Source of the DNA: Candidatus Poribacteria bacterium
GTDB taxonomy: Bacteria; Poribacteria; WGA-4E; WGA-3G
Reading direction: 5' to 3'
DNA: 64,000 bases
Assembly (NCBI GenBank): GCA_022823085.1
Contig: JAJDXV010000079.1
Span: 5,943-69,942, forward strand
Program-made: the position numbers and the translations under genes
Shown here: piece after piece, positions 10,226-20,391 of the stretch
Position numbering within the stretch: position 1 is the first letter of the stretch
Layout of the letters: every line of letters starts with the position of its first letter
Notes under the pieces: model-generated
The model's database searches: none
Told to the model about the DNA's origin: nothing
The model's input: the letters and a program-made list of their open reading frames with translations, nothing else

Positions 10226-11119
10226 TTGCGTAAGAAGCATGGACAATATACTCGAGAGCATTCAATGCCACCGCAGAAACTCGGTAAGCATCCGAATGCC
10301 AAAATATATCGGTTCCGGCGCATCGTTTTCGCCCTCGCTGCCCTACTGACTTTGGCGTTCATCAGTAAAACAGTACTCAGTTTTTTCGGTGCCGAATATG
10401 TTTCGCTTGCACTTTCTGGCAATATGCATTATACTGATTTGCAAATCTATGATGTCTTAGGCAAAAAGTTACAAAATATCGTCATAGATTCTGAAGAACA
10501 GACAGCCGCCTATCTCAAAGAAAACCTGAGTTATATAAAAGATGCCTACATTACCAAAAATGTAATGAAACGGATGCTGACGATTGAAGTTACCGAGCGT
10601 ACCCCGTTCGCTCTCCTAAGAATTGATTCTACGGATCAAAGAAATAATGCATTTTTCTTGGTAGATAACGAAGGACATGTGTTAAAACATATAGATAAAG
10701 GTGCAGCGAGTCCATTAATATCTGAACAATTCCGAAATATGGCTGTTCTAAGCGTCAGTAATGACACGTTACCGAAGATCGGGACGGCTGTGAAGATATC
10801 CGAGATCGCCGTCGGATTAAATATTCTGAAAACTGCCTTACTTTTAGAACGAAGCCTTGCCAGACAGATCAGGAATATTGACCTAAGCGATCAGCGGAAA
10901 ATTAAAATCCGTCTCAATAATTTCCCAGGGACTGTTTGGCTCGCTGGAGATGCAGTCGAATCAGGACTTCATCATGTTGCTCTGTTCTTAAAACAGCAAA
11001 ATACTTACAGACTTGAACTTAGCCATGTCGGAACCGAGTCAGAACACCTGTACTTAGATGCAAGATATGAAGATACAGTATACTTAGGTGGGTTGGCAGC
11101 GCGAAAGAAAAACCGATAG
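10226..11119 (+). CDS. ftsQ: cell division protein FtsQ (POTRA)
   Basis: Single TM (FALAALLTLAFI) followed by a POTRA-like segment (LTIEVTERTPFALL). Lies between murC and ftsA. The TTG start is uncertain. Confidence 0.7.
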   Translation: MRKKHGQYTREHSMPPQKLGKHPNAKIYRFRRIVFALAALLTLAFISKTVLSFFGAEYVSLALSGNMHYTDLQIYDVLGKKLQNIVIDSEEQTAAYLKENLSYIKDAYITKNVMKRMLTIEVTERTPFALLRIDSTDQRNNAFFLVDNEGHVLKHIDKGAASPLISEQFRNMAVLSVSNDTLPKIGTAVKISEIAVGLNILKTALLLERSLARQIRNIDLSDQRKIKIRLNNFPGTVWLAGDAVESGLHHVALFLKQQNTYRLELSHVGTESEHLYLDARYEDTVYLGGLAARKKNR

Positions 11120-11203
11120 CAGTGTTATAACATAATATGATACACGGTAATATTCCGAGGTATTGCTCTTCAAGTTTGATGAAGGAGGAGGTGAAGCATT
11201 TAA

Positions 11204-12430
11204 ATGCCAAAACAAAACATTATTGCAGGACTTGATATCGGTTCAAGCAAAATTTCGGTCATCGTTGCAAATACATTACAAGGGAGTAGCCAGAAGATAG
11301 GTGTCATCGGTGTTGGACACGCCCCCGCCGAAGGGCTTCGAGCAGGTGTTGTCGTTGACATCAACCAAACTGCTGAAGCCATCCGTAAAGCCATTTCTAA
11401 CGCGGAATTGATGGCAGGTGTAAAGATAGATTCCGTTTGTGTCGGTATTTCTGGGGCACATATCATCGGACAGACTTCGCACGGTGTCGTTTCGGTTGCC
11501 AATACCGAGATTTCATACGAAGACGTTGACCGCGCGATGATAGCAGCGAAGGCGATTTCCATTCCGGCAGACCGAGAGATACTCCATGTTATTCAACAAA
11601 GTTTCGTCGTTGATGCACAAGATCGGATTCGCGAACCTATCGGTATGTCTGGCGCGCGCCTTGAAGCCTACGCTTATATCATTACAGGGAGTACAACGGC
11701 TATCCAGAATTTGCTTAATGGTATTGAAAAGGCTGGCGTGCCTATCATAGAGACGCTCGTCGCCGCACCGTTGGCTGCGACACAGGCAGTCGTTTCGAGA
11801 GATGAACGTGAAGTCGGGACCGCTCTCGTTGACATCGGAGACGGAACAACTGAAATCGTCATTTATAAAGAGGATTCTATTCAACATACAGCAGTCATTC
11901 CCGTCGGTGGGCAGCACGTTACCAACGATATCGCACAGTACTTAAAAGTTACCCTCCCTGAAGCGGAGGAACTCAAACTTCATCGCGGTTGTGCTTGGAC
12001 CGAATTGGTCGATCCTAATGATGATAGAGCCATCCCTGTTACCAGTGACGCTAACCCACCGCGTTTCATTGATCGAATTGAACTTGCAGAAATCATTGAA
12101 TACCGTATGGCAGAAATCTTAGAAGTGATCGGTGAAGAATTAGGCGACATACCGCTTCCAGGTGGACTGATACTTACCGGAGGCACCGCACTGATGGATG
12201 GACTCCAAGACCTTGCTGAAGCGATACTGCAACTTCGCGTACAGATCGGGTACCCGCGCGGGCTACAAGGATTAACCGATCGCGTAAACCACCCGATGTA
12301 TGCCGCAAGTATAGGACTCGCACTCTACGGCGAATCTTTGCGCCGGCAAGAACAGGAACAGAACGCTCGGCATCGTGAAAAGGGGGTCGGGAACTTCCTG
12401 CAACGCATCAAAGAATGGTTCGGATATTAA
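11204..12430 (+). CDS. ftsA: cell division protein FtsA
   Basis: Actin-fold motifs GLDIGSSKISV, VDIGDGTTEIV, LTGGTALMDGL. Confidence 0.9.
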   Translation: MPKQNIIAGLDIGSSKISVIVANTLQGSSQKIGVIGVGHAPAEGLRAGVVVDINQTAEAIRKAISNAELMAGVKIDSVCVGISGAHIIGQTSHGVVSVANTEISYEDVDRAMIAAKAISIPADREILHVIQQSFVVDAQDRIREPIGMSGARLEAYAYIITGSTTAIQNLLNGIEKAGVPIIETLVAAPLAATQAVVSRDEREVGTALVDIGDGTTEIVIYKEDSIQHTAVIPVGGQHVTNDIAQYLKVTLPEAEELKLHRGCAWTELVDPNDDRAIPVTSDANPPRFIDRIELAEIIEYRMAEILEVIGEELGDIPLPGGLILTGGTALMDGLQDLAEAILQLRVQIGYPRGLQGLTDRVNHPMYAASIGLALYGESLRRQEQEQNARHREKGVGNFLQRIKEWFGY

Positions 12431-12481
12431 ACCTATTGCGCTAACCATTATGTCACAATTGAATGAGACCTGCAGGAACAT

Positions 12482-12510
12482 TTGACTTAAACTTGCTTAT
12501 AGCGTATAAT
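12482..12510 (+). promoter_or_regulatory. sigma70-like promoter upstream of ftsZ
   Basis: TTGACT (12482-12487), 17-nt spacer, TATAAT (12505-12510), in the ftsA-ftsZ spacer. Confidence 0.5.
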
Positions 12511-12630
12511 TTAATGTGAAAACGCAAACCAACATGAGTTATAAAGGAACCTCGGTCTCGAGATTGAGGCTATATTGATGATAGGAGGAATTAGGTTGCT
12601 ATGTCTATCTTATGGTAACTGAAATCCAGT

Positions 12631-13953
12631 ATGATAGAATTTGAACAAGAAGAATTTGAAAATTTACGCGCACGGATTAAAGTCATCGGGGTCGGTGGAG
12701 CAGGTGGAAATGCAGTTAAACGTATGATTGAAGCCGGACTCACCGGCATAGAATTTTATGCCGTTAATACCGATCAACAAGCACTATTGACCTGCCTCGG
12801 GGCAACCCAAATCCAGATCGGCTATAATACAACCGAAGGTTTGGGATCCGGTGCCAACCCCGAAATCGGTAGGAAAGCCGCTGAAGAGGATAGAGAACAG
12901 CTTCAGGCGATCGTTGAAAACGCAAATATGGTCTTCATTACAGCAGGGATGGGCGGCGGAACCGGAACCGGTGCAGCACCTCTCATCGCTTCACTTGCCT
13001 GCGAATCCGGAGCACTGACAATCGGGGTCGTCACACGCCCCTTCGACTTTGAAGGGCAACGCCGCGCATCGTCCGCCGAAGCCGGACTTCAAGAACTTCG
13101 TGAAGCCGCTGACTCTGTCATCGTCGTTCCGAACCAACGACTCATAGATACAATGGACAGGAAACTTCCGATACGAGAGGCGTTCCGTATGGGAGACCAG
13201 ATCCTACTGCACGGGGTCAAAAGTATCTCTGACATCGTTACGGAATCTGGCGAAATTAACGTTGACTTCGCTGATGTTGAGTCCATCATGCGGAATGCTG
13301 GCAGCGCATTGATGGGAATGGGGCATGCCACAGGCGATAACCGAGCACACGTCGCCGCAGAACAAGCTATCAGTTCGCCACTCCTCGAACAGACCAACAT
13401 CGCCGGTGCTGTCGGTATGATCGTTAACATTACCGCACCGCCTGATTTTATGATGTATGAACTTGACGAGGCCATGCAGGTTATTAAAGATACCGCACCT
13501 GACGCACAAATCATCTTTGGGCTCGTTTACAAAGATGAATTGGAACTCGATGATGAAGTCCTCGTAACCGTCATCGCAACCGGGTTTGATACTATCTCGG
13601 ACAATAGATATGCCCTCGGCTCCGGCTCCCCACGGGGTAGTAGTGGGGCGAGAACTTCACGGTACGATGAGGCGGACGTTTATCAAAGGCAACCCGCGAC
13701 ACCATCAGAACAACGCACGGCAGGCGGCGGCAGATCCCGACCCGGAGGTGGGAGAGCACCCGCACGGAGATCCACTGCGCCCACGCATGCCCCGGAACCT
13801 AACCCTGAACCTGCTGAAGACGAAGAGCATGAGCCCCAAGGTAGAGGACGGAGACCCACCAGAGGACGAGCGCAAAGCACGCGACGCCGCGACACAGATT
13901 GGGAAATTCCGGCTTTTCTGCGCGTCAACTCAAAAAACCGGAACGATAAATAG
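12631..13953 (+). CDS. ftsZ: cell division GTPase FtsZ
   Basis: GVGGAGGNAV, tubulin signature GGGTGTGAAP. Long Arg/Pro/Gly-rich linker, then the conserved C-terminal peptide DWEIPAFLR. Confidence 0.95.
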   Translation: MIEFEQEEFENLRARIKVIGVGGAGGNAVKRMIEAGLTGIEFYAVNTDQQALLTCLGATQIQIGYNTTEGLGSGANPEIGRKAAEEDREQLQAIVENANMVFITAGMGGGTGTGAAPLIASLACESGALTIGVVTRPFDFEGQRRASSAEAGLQELREAADSVIVVPNQRLIDTMDRKLPIREAFRMGDQILLHGVKSISDIVTESGEINVDFADVESIMRNAGSALMGMGHATGDNRAHVAAEQAISSPLLEQTNIAGAVGMIVNITAPPDFMMYELDEAMQVIKDTAPDAQIIFGLVYKDELELDDEVLVTVIATGFDTISDNRYALGSGSPRGSSGARTSRYDEADVYQRQPATPSEQRTAGGGRSRPGGGRAPARRSTAPTHAPEPNPEPAEDEEHEPQGRGRRPTRGRAQSTRRRDTDWEIPAFLRVNSKNRNDK

Positions 13954-14106
13954 GTATCAACGCTATCTGGCTCTTATCATCTATGTTTGAAATCTCTTAA
14001 CTTAGTTTGAGACCACTACTGTGTTTTCATAGCAGATGGGTTCGCTTTCACATTTTTTGGCACATAGGCGCGCTGACCAAGCGCGTCACGCCTTTATATC
14101 TCACAG

Positions 14107-15873
14107 GTGCCTCTTTCAAGGCACGCCCTAATAAAAGTTAAAACAATGCTCGACTTACGTCAACACTACCGAAACCTGCACAGTCAAGAACACGGCACGC
14201 AGCATAATTTCAGAAAACCTAACAGGTTCGCACTGGTCTACCCGAGTACTTATGAACTCGGAATGTCAAGTCTCGGCGTTCAGGTGATTCATTCTATCCT
14301 CAACAGTCGAGCAGATACCGCTTGTGAACGCGTTTTTGTTCCTGAATCTAATTATATTCGGAAACTTATGACGCAGCAGAAGCCGCTCTTCTCGTTTGAA
14401 ACGCAAACTGCACTTAATCAGTTTGATGTCATCGGGTTTTCAGTCTCCTTTGAATCCGATTATGTGAACATTCCGCGTACCTTGCAGCTTGCGAATATAC
14501 CGCCACTCGCCGAAGAACGTACAGATTGGGACCCGCTTGTCATCGCGGGCGGTATTAATATCTCCTACAACCCAGAACCGATCACTGATTTCGTTGATGT
14601 TTTCGTCGTTGGCGAAGCTGAACATACCATCCATCAACTCATGGATCACTTCAACGAGTGGAAGCAGTCCCGCGCCGCCAAGGATGCGTTACTCGAAACA
14701 TTGGCGACTGTTCCAGGACTTTATGTGCCGAGTTTTTACGACGTAACCTATCACGATGATGGCACTATCAATGCAGTTACATCAAAATCGGGGATCCCCC
14801 CGCGCATTCGTGCCGGCGCCGTACCAAAACTCGACGATGTCGAAACTTGCACACATATCCATACACCCAATACCGAATTCGCGAATGCACACCTCATCGA
14901 AATCGTGCGCGGGTGTGGTAGGCAATGCCGTTTTTGTGTCGCTGACTATGCCCGTCGATGGCCCCGGCACCGTTCTGTAGAAAGTACACTCGCACTCGCT
15001 GAGCGCGCACGCGGGATTACAGACAGAATCGGGCTCGTTGGCGCCTCTATCTCTGACCACCCACACATTGATGAAATCGCATCTGGACTCGTTGCGCGCG
15101 GGTTCCGCATCTCTTGCGCCTCACTCCGTGCGGAAACCGTCCGCGCCCCACTGCTCGATGCACTTGCAGACAGTGAACAAGGCACTATCACGATCGCACC
15201 AGAAGTCGCCACCGAAGAACTTCAGAAGGTCGTCAATAAAGCAATTCCACGTGAACGACTCTATTACATTTTTGAAGAGGCGTTGAAGCGGGATATTCTC
15301 AACCTACGACTCTATTTTCTTATCGGTGTACCACACGAAAAACCGGAGGATGTCCAAGCTATCGTCGATATGGCAAAGGAGATGCGCACGATCGTACTCC
15401 CACACGCGAAACGAACCGGAAGAATCGCACGTATCAGTTTCACAATCTCTCCCATGGTACCAAAACCGCATACACCCTTCCAGTGGGTAGCCATGGAACC
15501 TCCAAAAACCATCGCTCGGAAACTTGATTTCCTTAAACGTGAAATTAACCGACTCGGCAGTATAAAAGTCGGCTCTGCAAGTGCCAGACTCGCACACCAA
15601 GAAGCTGCCTTCGCACGCGGCGACCGACGACTCGGAAAAGTTATCTTGGAAATCGCAAACGGCACATCGTGGAATCAAGCCTTCCGTACACACGGGTTAA
15701 CGCCACATTTTTATGCAACGCGCCAACGTCCACTGCATGAAGTCAACCCCTGGGACCACCTCGATTTAAACGTTAAACCCCAATTCTTACAACTTGAGTT
15801 CAACAAACACGAAAAAGGTTTTATGACCAGTGAATGTGATACAACCGTCTGTAAGAAATGTGGTGCCTGCTGA
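14107..15873 (+). CDS. radical SAM protein (B12-binding-domain class)
   Basis: CX3CX2C cluster RGCGRQCRFC. The start may be ATG 14146 (MLDLRQHY). Confidence 0.8.
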   Translation: MPLSRHALIKVKTMLDLRQHYRNLHSQEHGTQHNFRKPNRFALVYPSTYELGMSSLGVQVIHSILNSRADTACERVFVPESNYIRKLMTQQKPLFSFETQTALNQFDVIGFSVSFESDYVNIPRTLQLANIPPLAEERTDWDPLVIAGGINISYNPEPITDFVDVFVVGEAEHTIHQLMDHFNEWKQSRAAKDALLETLATVPGLYVPSFYDVTYHDDGTINAVTSKSGIPPRIRAGAVPKLDDVETCTHIHTPNTEFANAHLIEIVRGCGRQCRFCVADYARRWPRHRSVESTLALAERARGITDRIGLVGASISDHPHIDEIASGLVARGFRISCASLRAETVRAPLLDALADSEQGTITIAPEVATEELQKVVNKAIPRERLYYIFEEALKRDILNLRLYFLIGVPHEKPEDVQAIVDMAKEMRTIVLPHAKRTGRIARISFTISPMVPKPHTPFQWVAMEPPKTIARKLDFLKREINRLGSIKVGSASARLAHQEAAFARGDRRLGKVILEIANGTSWNQAFRTHGLTPHFYATRQRPLHEVNPWDHLDLNVKPQFLQLEFNKHEKGFMTSECDTTVCKKCGAC

Positions 15874-15964
15874 AAAGAAGCCGTCAGCCATCGGAAACCA
15901 TCGGCTCTCAGCATATTATAGTAAAGTCAATAATTAAAGAGACATTCCAGTGATTGCGGAGACC

Positions 15965-15985
15965 ACCCCCACGTAGGGGGTTTTT
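15965..15985 (+). terminator. candidate intrinsic terminator
   Basis: ACCCCC-acgta-GGGGGT hairpin followed by TTTTT, ~90 nt after the radical-SAM stop. Confidence 0.5.
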
Positions 15986-16162
15986 GATAGGGTATTTCTT
16001 CAAGGTTTCCGCGTCCGCTGTAAAGGGTCTCATTAATTCTGAAATCCACTATAAATTATCAATCTTCAGTCTTTAGCTTTCGTGGTATTGACAACAAAGA
16101 TACCTGGCACAAGTTCAACAACTGACAACCCACTGCTGACAACTCTTAAGAAGGAGTACACT

Positions 16163-16936
16163 ATGCTCAAATTTGAACAAATTATACGCGGGCTTATCGC
16201 TATATGCGTCCTGTTCTCCCTTACAACTGCCTTGTATGCAGGACTCGATGACAAATCCGTCGTTTTGTATCTCTCTTTTGATGAAGGAAAAGGTGATGCT
16301 GCCGCAGACAGTTCTGTACATGGTCACGATGGCGAACTTATCAAAAGTCCGACATGGGTAGATGGACAGTTCGGCAAGGCATTGGAGTTCGATGGTACAA
16401 AGGGACAGTATGTACAGGTGCCTATCAACGATACTTTGCAGTTAAGAGAGCAGTTCTCAATCGCTTTTTGGGTCAAGCGCGGTGATGCCCAAATTCGGGA
16501 ATGGAATTATATGGTGACAGCCGGCGAACTGAAGTGGGCATCAATTTTTAGACAAGGTGACGACAAAACCTATTTCTGGTCGCAGGCACCCGGTTGGGCA
16601 CAAAAAGCCGTTACGGACGATATTCAACCTGAGGACTGGGTACACCTTGCAGTGACCCATGACACCGAATCAGAGGTCGTCATCTACAATGATGGCAAGA
16701 AAGCAGGCGGAGGACCTAAACCGCCACCCGTTATTGAGATTGATGGTGCCGTTATGGTCGGCGCGCGCCACCCCGGCGCGGAATTTTTCACCGGTATTAT
16801 TGACGAGGTGTTCCTCTTCAACAGAATCATCAATGAAGCAGAAGTCAATGAAATTATGAGCGGCGATTTCCTGCCAGTGGAACCCGCAGAGAAACTCACC
16901 ACAACATGGGGCAGTATTAAAGCGGACCGCGACTAA
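16163..16936 (+). CDS. secreted LamG/concanavalin-A-like lectin-domain protein
   Basis: AAGGAG SD before ATG 16163. Signal-like N-terminus LIAICVLFSLTTALYAG. LamG pattern ...GKALEFDG...FSIAFWVK...WVHLAVTHD...FTGIIDEVFLFNR. Confidence 0.75.
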   Translation: MLKFEQIIRGLIAICVLFSLTTALYAGLDDKSVVLYLSFDEGKGDAAADSSVHGHDGELIKSPTWVDGQFGKALEFDGTKGQYVQVPINDTLQLREQFSIAFWVKRGDAQIREWNYMVTAGELKWASIFRQGDDKTYFWSQAPGWAQKAVTDDIQPEDWVHLAVTHDTESEVVIYNDGKKAGGGPKPPPVIEIDGAVMVGARHPGAEFFTGIIDEVFLFNRIINEAEVNEIMSGDFLPVEPAEKLTTTWGSIKADRD

Positions 16937-16961
16937 CCCCTTATCCAGACTGTTCTTCGTA

Positions 16962-16982
16962 GGGACGAGGTTGCCTCGTCCC
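16962..16982 (+). terminator. GC-rich hairpin after the LamG gene (terminator or REP-like)
   Basis: Perfect 9-bp stem GGGACGAGG-ttg-CCTCGTCCC, 26 nt after the stop. No clear T-tract. Confidence 0.4.
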
Positions 16983-17058
16983 CAAAAACCTATCAATTTT
17001 AAGAGGACAGAAAACCGGTATATCACATCGCATATATACCGTTATAAGGAAACCAAAA

Positions 17059-17352
17059 ATGGACTTCAGTTGGTTTGGAATCACTGTTATTGACATAGGC
17101 ATCGTAAGCATCGGAATCATCGGATTCGCTTGGCTCTTCCGAAGGATCGCTATCCTTGAGCGAGAAAATGGAAGACTACAAGCGGAAAATGGAAGACTGC
17201 AAGCGGAAGTGGATACACTGACAAAAAAAGTAGGTACACTCACAAAAGAGAATCAAGATCTTCAACAAGAGCTCAATATTTTAGCAGCACGATACACCGA
17301 AATCAAAGAGATGCTTACGCTGCTTCTCAAGCGCGAAAATTTTATCCAATAA
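17059..17352 (+). CDS. small membrane-anchored coiled-coil protein
   Basis: N-terminal TM (ITVIDIGIVSIGIIGFAWLF) followed by heptad-like ERENGRLQAENGRLQAEVDTLTKKVGTLTKENQDLQQEL. Confidence 0.55.
   Translation: MDFSWFGITVIDIGIVSIGIIGFAWLFRRIAILERENGRLQAENGRLQAEVDTLTKKVGTLTKENQDLQQELNILAARYTEIKEMLTLLLKRENFIQ
17164..17205 (+). repeat. 21-bp tandem duplication (2 copies, 1 mismatch) inside the coiled-coil ORF
   Basis: gaaaatggaagactacaagcg / gaaaatggaagactgcaagcg, encoding ENGRLQA twice. Confidence 0.9.
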
Positions 17353-17466
17353 ACCGGCACTGTTACAGACCGCATCTAACGCGGCTTAAAATTGAAACGC
17401 GCGCTGACGCTAACGCAGCATACTATAGGGCAGAGCAAACGCTGTCCTTATATTCGGGGGAAGCGC

Positions 17467-18615
17467 ATGCTAAAATATTTCGCCCTATTTATTATTTTTT
17501 TCGGTGCTTTTGGAAACACAACTTTATCCGACGTTTCAACCGCTCAAAAGCACTATCAGCGTGCGACCCACTACCATGATCTCGGAGAATTCGAGCAAGC
17601 CGTCGCCGAGTACAAGAAAGCCGTCGCACTTGACCCAAATTCCCCAATCATCTACAACAAACTCGGTGTTGCGTATTCCGAATTGAAGCAATACGATGCC
17701 GCACTTGATGCTTATCGGAAGGCACTCGCGTTGTCTCCGATCGCGGCTGAACCGCATTATAACATCGGATTGGTTTACCTTAAACAGGGGGACCTCCCTC
17801 GCGCCGCTAAGGCGTTTAAACACGCTACAACCATAGACCCTGAATGGAGTGACCCGTACACTGGACTCGGTGAAGTCCACTTGAAACAGGGCGATTATGG
17901 AGAGGCTGCACGTACCTACAAAGAAGCCATACGCCTTAATCCAAAAAATGCCGCTCCGATTTTAGGTTTAGGTAAAACCTACGCAAAGCAGAAACACTTA
18001 GATACGGCAATCACCACCATTGAAAAAGCGATTGAAATTCAGGTGGACAATACGGAAGCGCACTATCAACTCGCCCAGATTTACATAAAACGCGGCGAGA
18101 AAGAGAAAGCAGCATCAGCGATGGCGTTTTTTAAAACCCTCAGTCAGACGGACCCGCTCCTTGAGAAAGCCGAAACCTGGGTCAAAAAGCATCCCGATGA
18201 CGCAAGAGGCTATAACAACCTCGGTATCGTCTATCTCGCTCGCCGCCGTTTCGCGGATGCCGTCGCGAACTATAAACACGCGATCTCTCTCGCACCCGAC
18301 TTAGCGACGACACACTACAACTTGGGACATGCTTATCATAAGCAAGGAAAAATTGAATCCGCTATCGCAGCGTATCAGAAAGCACTCACTGTCGATGCAG
18401 ACCTCGCAATCGCACATAATAATATCGCAGTCGGCTATACAGAATTAAAGACGAATTTAAACAAGGCACTCTTCCACGCACGGACAGCTGTCCGGCTGGC
18501 ACCCACAGATGCGAATTATTGGAATACGCTCTCCGAAATCTGTGACACACTCGGATTACAAGATGAGGCACAGCAGGCACGCGAAAAACAGAAAGCGTAC
18601 GCTGACGAACAATGA
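17467..18615 (+). CDS. TPR-repeat protein, signal/anchor N-terminus
   Basis: MLKYFALFIIFFGAF, then about 9 TPR units (AxxxYxxAlxlxPxxaxaxxnLG pattern). Confidence 0.8.
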   Translation: MLKYFALFIIFFGAFGNTTLSDVSTAQKHYQRATHYHDLGEFEQAVAEYKKAVALDPNSPIIYNKLGVAYSELKQYDAALDAYRKALALSPIAAEPHYNIGLVYLKQGDLPRAAKAFKHATTIDPEWSDPYTGLGEVHLKQGDYGEAARTYKEAIRLNPKNAAPILGLGKTYAKQKHLDTAITTIEKAIEIQVDNTEAHYQLAQIYIKRGEKEKAASAMAFFKTLSQTDPLLEKAETWVKKHPDDARGYNNLGIVYLARRRFADAVANYKHAISLAPDLATTHYNLGHAYHKQGKIESAIAAYQKALTVDADLAIAHNNIAVGYTELKTNLNKALFHARTAVRLAPTDANYWNTLSEICDTLGLQDEAQQAREKQKAYADEQ

Positions 18616-20309
18616 GATGCCCGTGTTGTTGCATTCCCCTCTTCTTCATTCTGATGACTTCTGCGACTGCCGAAGTCGAATTTGTTGATGTAACTGCCGC
18701 CGCAGGTATCGCGTTTCAACACGTTGATGGCAGAACCGGCGAAAAATTCCTCATAGAAACGCTCGGATCCGGGGCACTCTTTTTTGACTTTGATGCCGAT
18801 ACGTATCTCGATCTCTATGTCGTGAACGCTACGTTCATCCCACCACCTAACACTGAAAAAACATCACAAGCACAACTTCCACGAAATACACTCTATCGGA
18901 ACAACGGGGACGGCACGTTTACCGACGTTACAGACAAAGCAGGTGTCGGTGATACCGGCTACGGTGTCGGATGCGCCGCCGCGGATATCAATAACGACGG
19001 TTACCCCGAGCTATACGTAACCAACTACGGACGCAATATCCTCTATCACAACAACGGGGACGGCACATTTACAGATAAAACACAACAGGCAGGTGTCGGC
19101 GATGAACGCTGGGGAACCAGTTGTGCTTTTCTCGATTACGACGGAAATGGCGATGTTGACCTGTACGTCGTCAATTATATGAAATTCTCTATTGACGAGA
19201 ACCAATGGTGGGAGACCCGTGGGATCAGAACCTATTGCAGTCCTACGGATCAGATCGCAGGCAGCCACTTTGTAGGTGAACCCGATATCCTCTATCGCAA
19301 TAACGGAGACAGCACTTTCACGGATGTCACCGAAGCCTCTGGAATTTCACACCGCGCACTCGGTCTCGCCGTCGCAATCGGCGACTATGACAACGACGGT
19401 TACCCAGACCTTCATATTGCCAACGATATGGAAGCAGATTTTCTCTACCGGAACAACGGCGATGGCACCTTTACGGAGACTGCCGACCTTACCGGTACAG
19501 GCTACGACGGGAACGGCTTTCCCGGAAGCGGCATGGGCAGCGCGTTCGGTGATTACAATAACGATGGCTATCTCGACCTTGTTGTTAGCAACGCTTCTTC
19601 GCTACCGGTAATCCTCTATCAAAACGAAACTGCCACTTTTTTTTCGGATGTCTCGTTTACCGCCGGAATTGGCGCAGTGACGCTCCCTTACTTTAAATGG
19701 GCAGTCGAATTCTTCGATTACGATAACGATGGACTTCTTGACCTCTTCGTTGCCAACGGACATCTTCAGGAGAATATCGCGCTGTTCTCGGACGGGACAT
19801 ATCCGCAATCCGATCTACTGTTTCATAACACACGCAACGAAGATAGCACTTATCACTTTACCGATGCGTCTGCTGCAGTCGGATTGACGCAGCTCCCTAA
19901 AATGGTTAGCCGCGGCGCAGCGTTCGGCGACTACGACAACGACGGAGACATCGATATCTTTCTCAACAACTCCAATCAACCCGCAACACTCCTCCGCAAC
20001 GACGGTGGCAACAGTAACCACTGGCTGACAATCCAACCGATTGGCACACAGAGCAACGCATCGGGAATCGGAACAAAGATAATCCTAAAGGCGCGGGATT
20101 TGTCTCTTTATAAAGAGGTACGCAGCGGTGCGAGTTACCTGTCGCAAAGCGATCTTCGCGTCCATTTCGGACTCGGGAAGCGGACAGAAATCGACACCCT
20201 CGAAATCCGCTGGCAGAGCGGACACATAGAACGGTTCTCCAACCTAAAATCAAACCAAATTCTCCGCATCAAAGAGGGACATGGGATTATAGCTGATAAG
20301 ATAGACTAA
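18612..20309 (+). CDS. FG-GAP/VCBS repeat protein with ASPIC/UnbV C-terminal domain (CRTAC1-like)
   Basis: Repeated NNGDGTFTD...DYDNDGYPDL units. C-terminal SGASYLSQSDLRVHFGLG. ATGA overlap with the TPR gene. Confidence 0.85.
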   Translation: MRCPCCCIPLFFILMTSATAEVEFVDVTAAAGIAFQHVDGRTGEKFLIETLGSGALFFDFDADTYLDLYVVNATFIPPPNTEKTSQAQLPRNTLYRNNGDGTFTDVTDKAGVGDTGYGVGCAAADINNDGYPELYVTNYGRNILYHNNGDGTFTDKTQQAGVGDERWGTSCAFLDYDGNGDVDLYVVNYMKFSIDENQWWETRGIRTYCSPTDQIAGSHFVGEPDILYRNNGDSTFTDVTEASGISHRALGLAVAIGDYDNDGYPDLHIANDMEADFLYRNNGDGTFTETADLTGTGYDGNGFPGSGMGSAFGDYNNDGYLDLVVSNASSLPVILYQNETATFFSDVSFTAGIGAVTLPYFKWAVEFFDYDNDGLLDLFVANGHLQENIALFSDGTYPQSDLLFHNTRNEDSTYHFTDASAAVGLTQLPKMVSRGAAFGDYDNDGDIDIFLNNSNQPATLLRNDGGNSNHWLTIQPIGTQSNASGIGTKIILKARDLSLYKEVRSGASYLSQSDLRVHFGLGKRTEIDTLEIRWQSGHIERFSNLKSNQILRIKEGHGIIADKID

Positions 20310-20330
20310 AAAAGTGAATTCTGGTTTTCC

Positions 20331-20359
20331 TTGAAATTGATCGCAGATGTGCCTATAAT
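20331..20359 (+). promoter_or_regulatory. sigma70-like promoter for the ATPase gene
   Basis: TTGAAA (20331-20336), 17-nt spacer, TATAAT (20354-20359). Confidence 0.5.
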
Positions 20360-20391
20360 AGATTCAAGCCATCATTATTAGGAGAAAAACA

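Noticed and set aside
13586-13990. ORFs 13586..13990 (+) and 13683..13928 (-) overlapping the ftsZ 3' end.
   Set aside because: They are alternative-frame artefacts of the GC-rich low-complexity linker. The ftsZ frame continues to the conserved DWEIPAFLR peptide.
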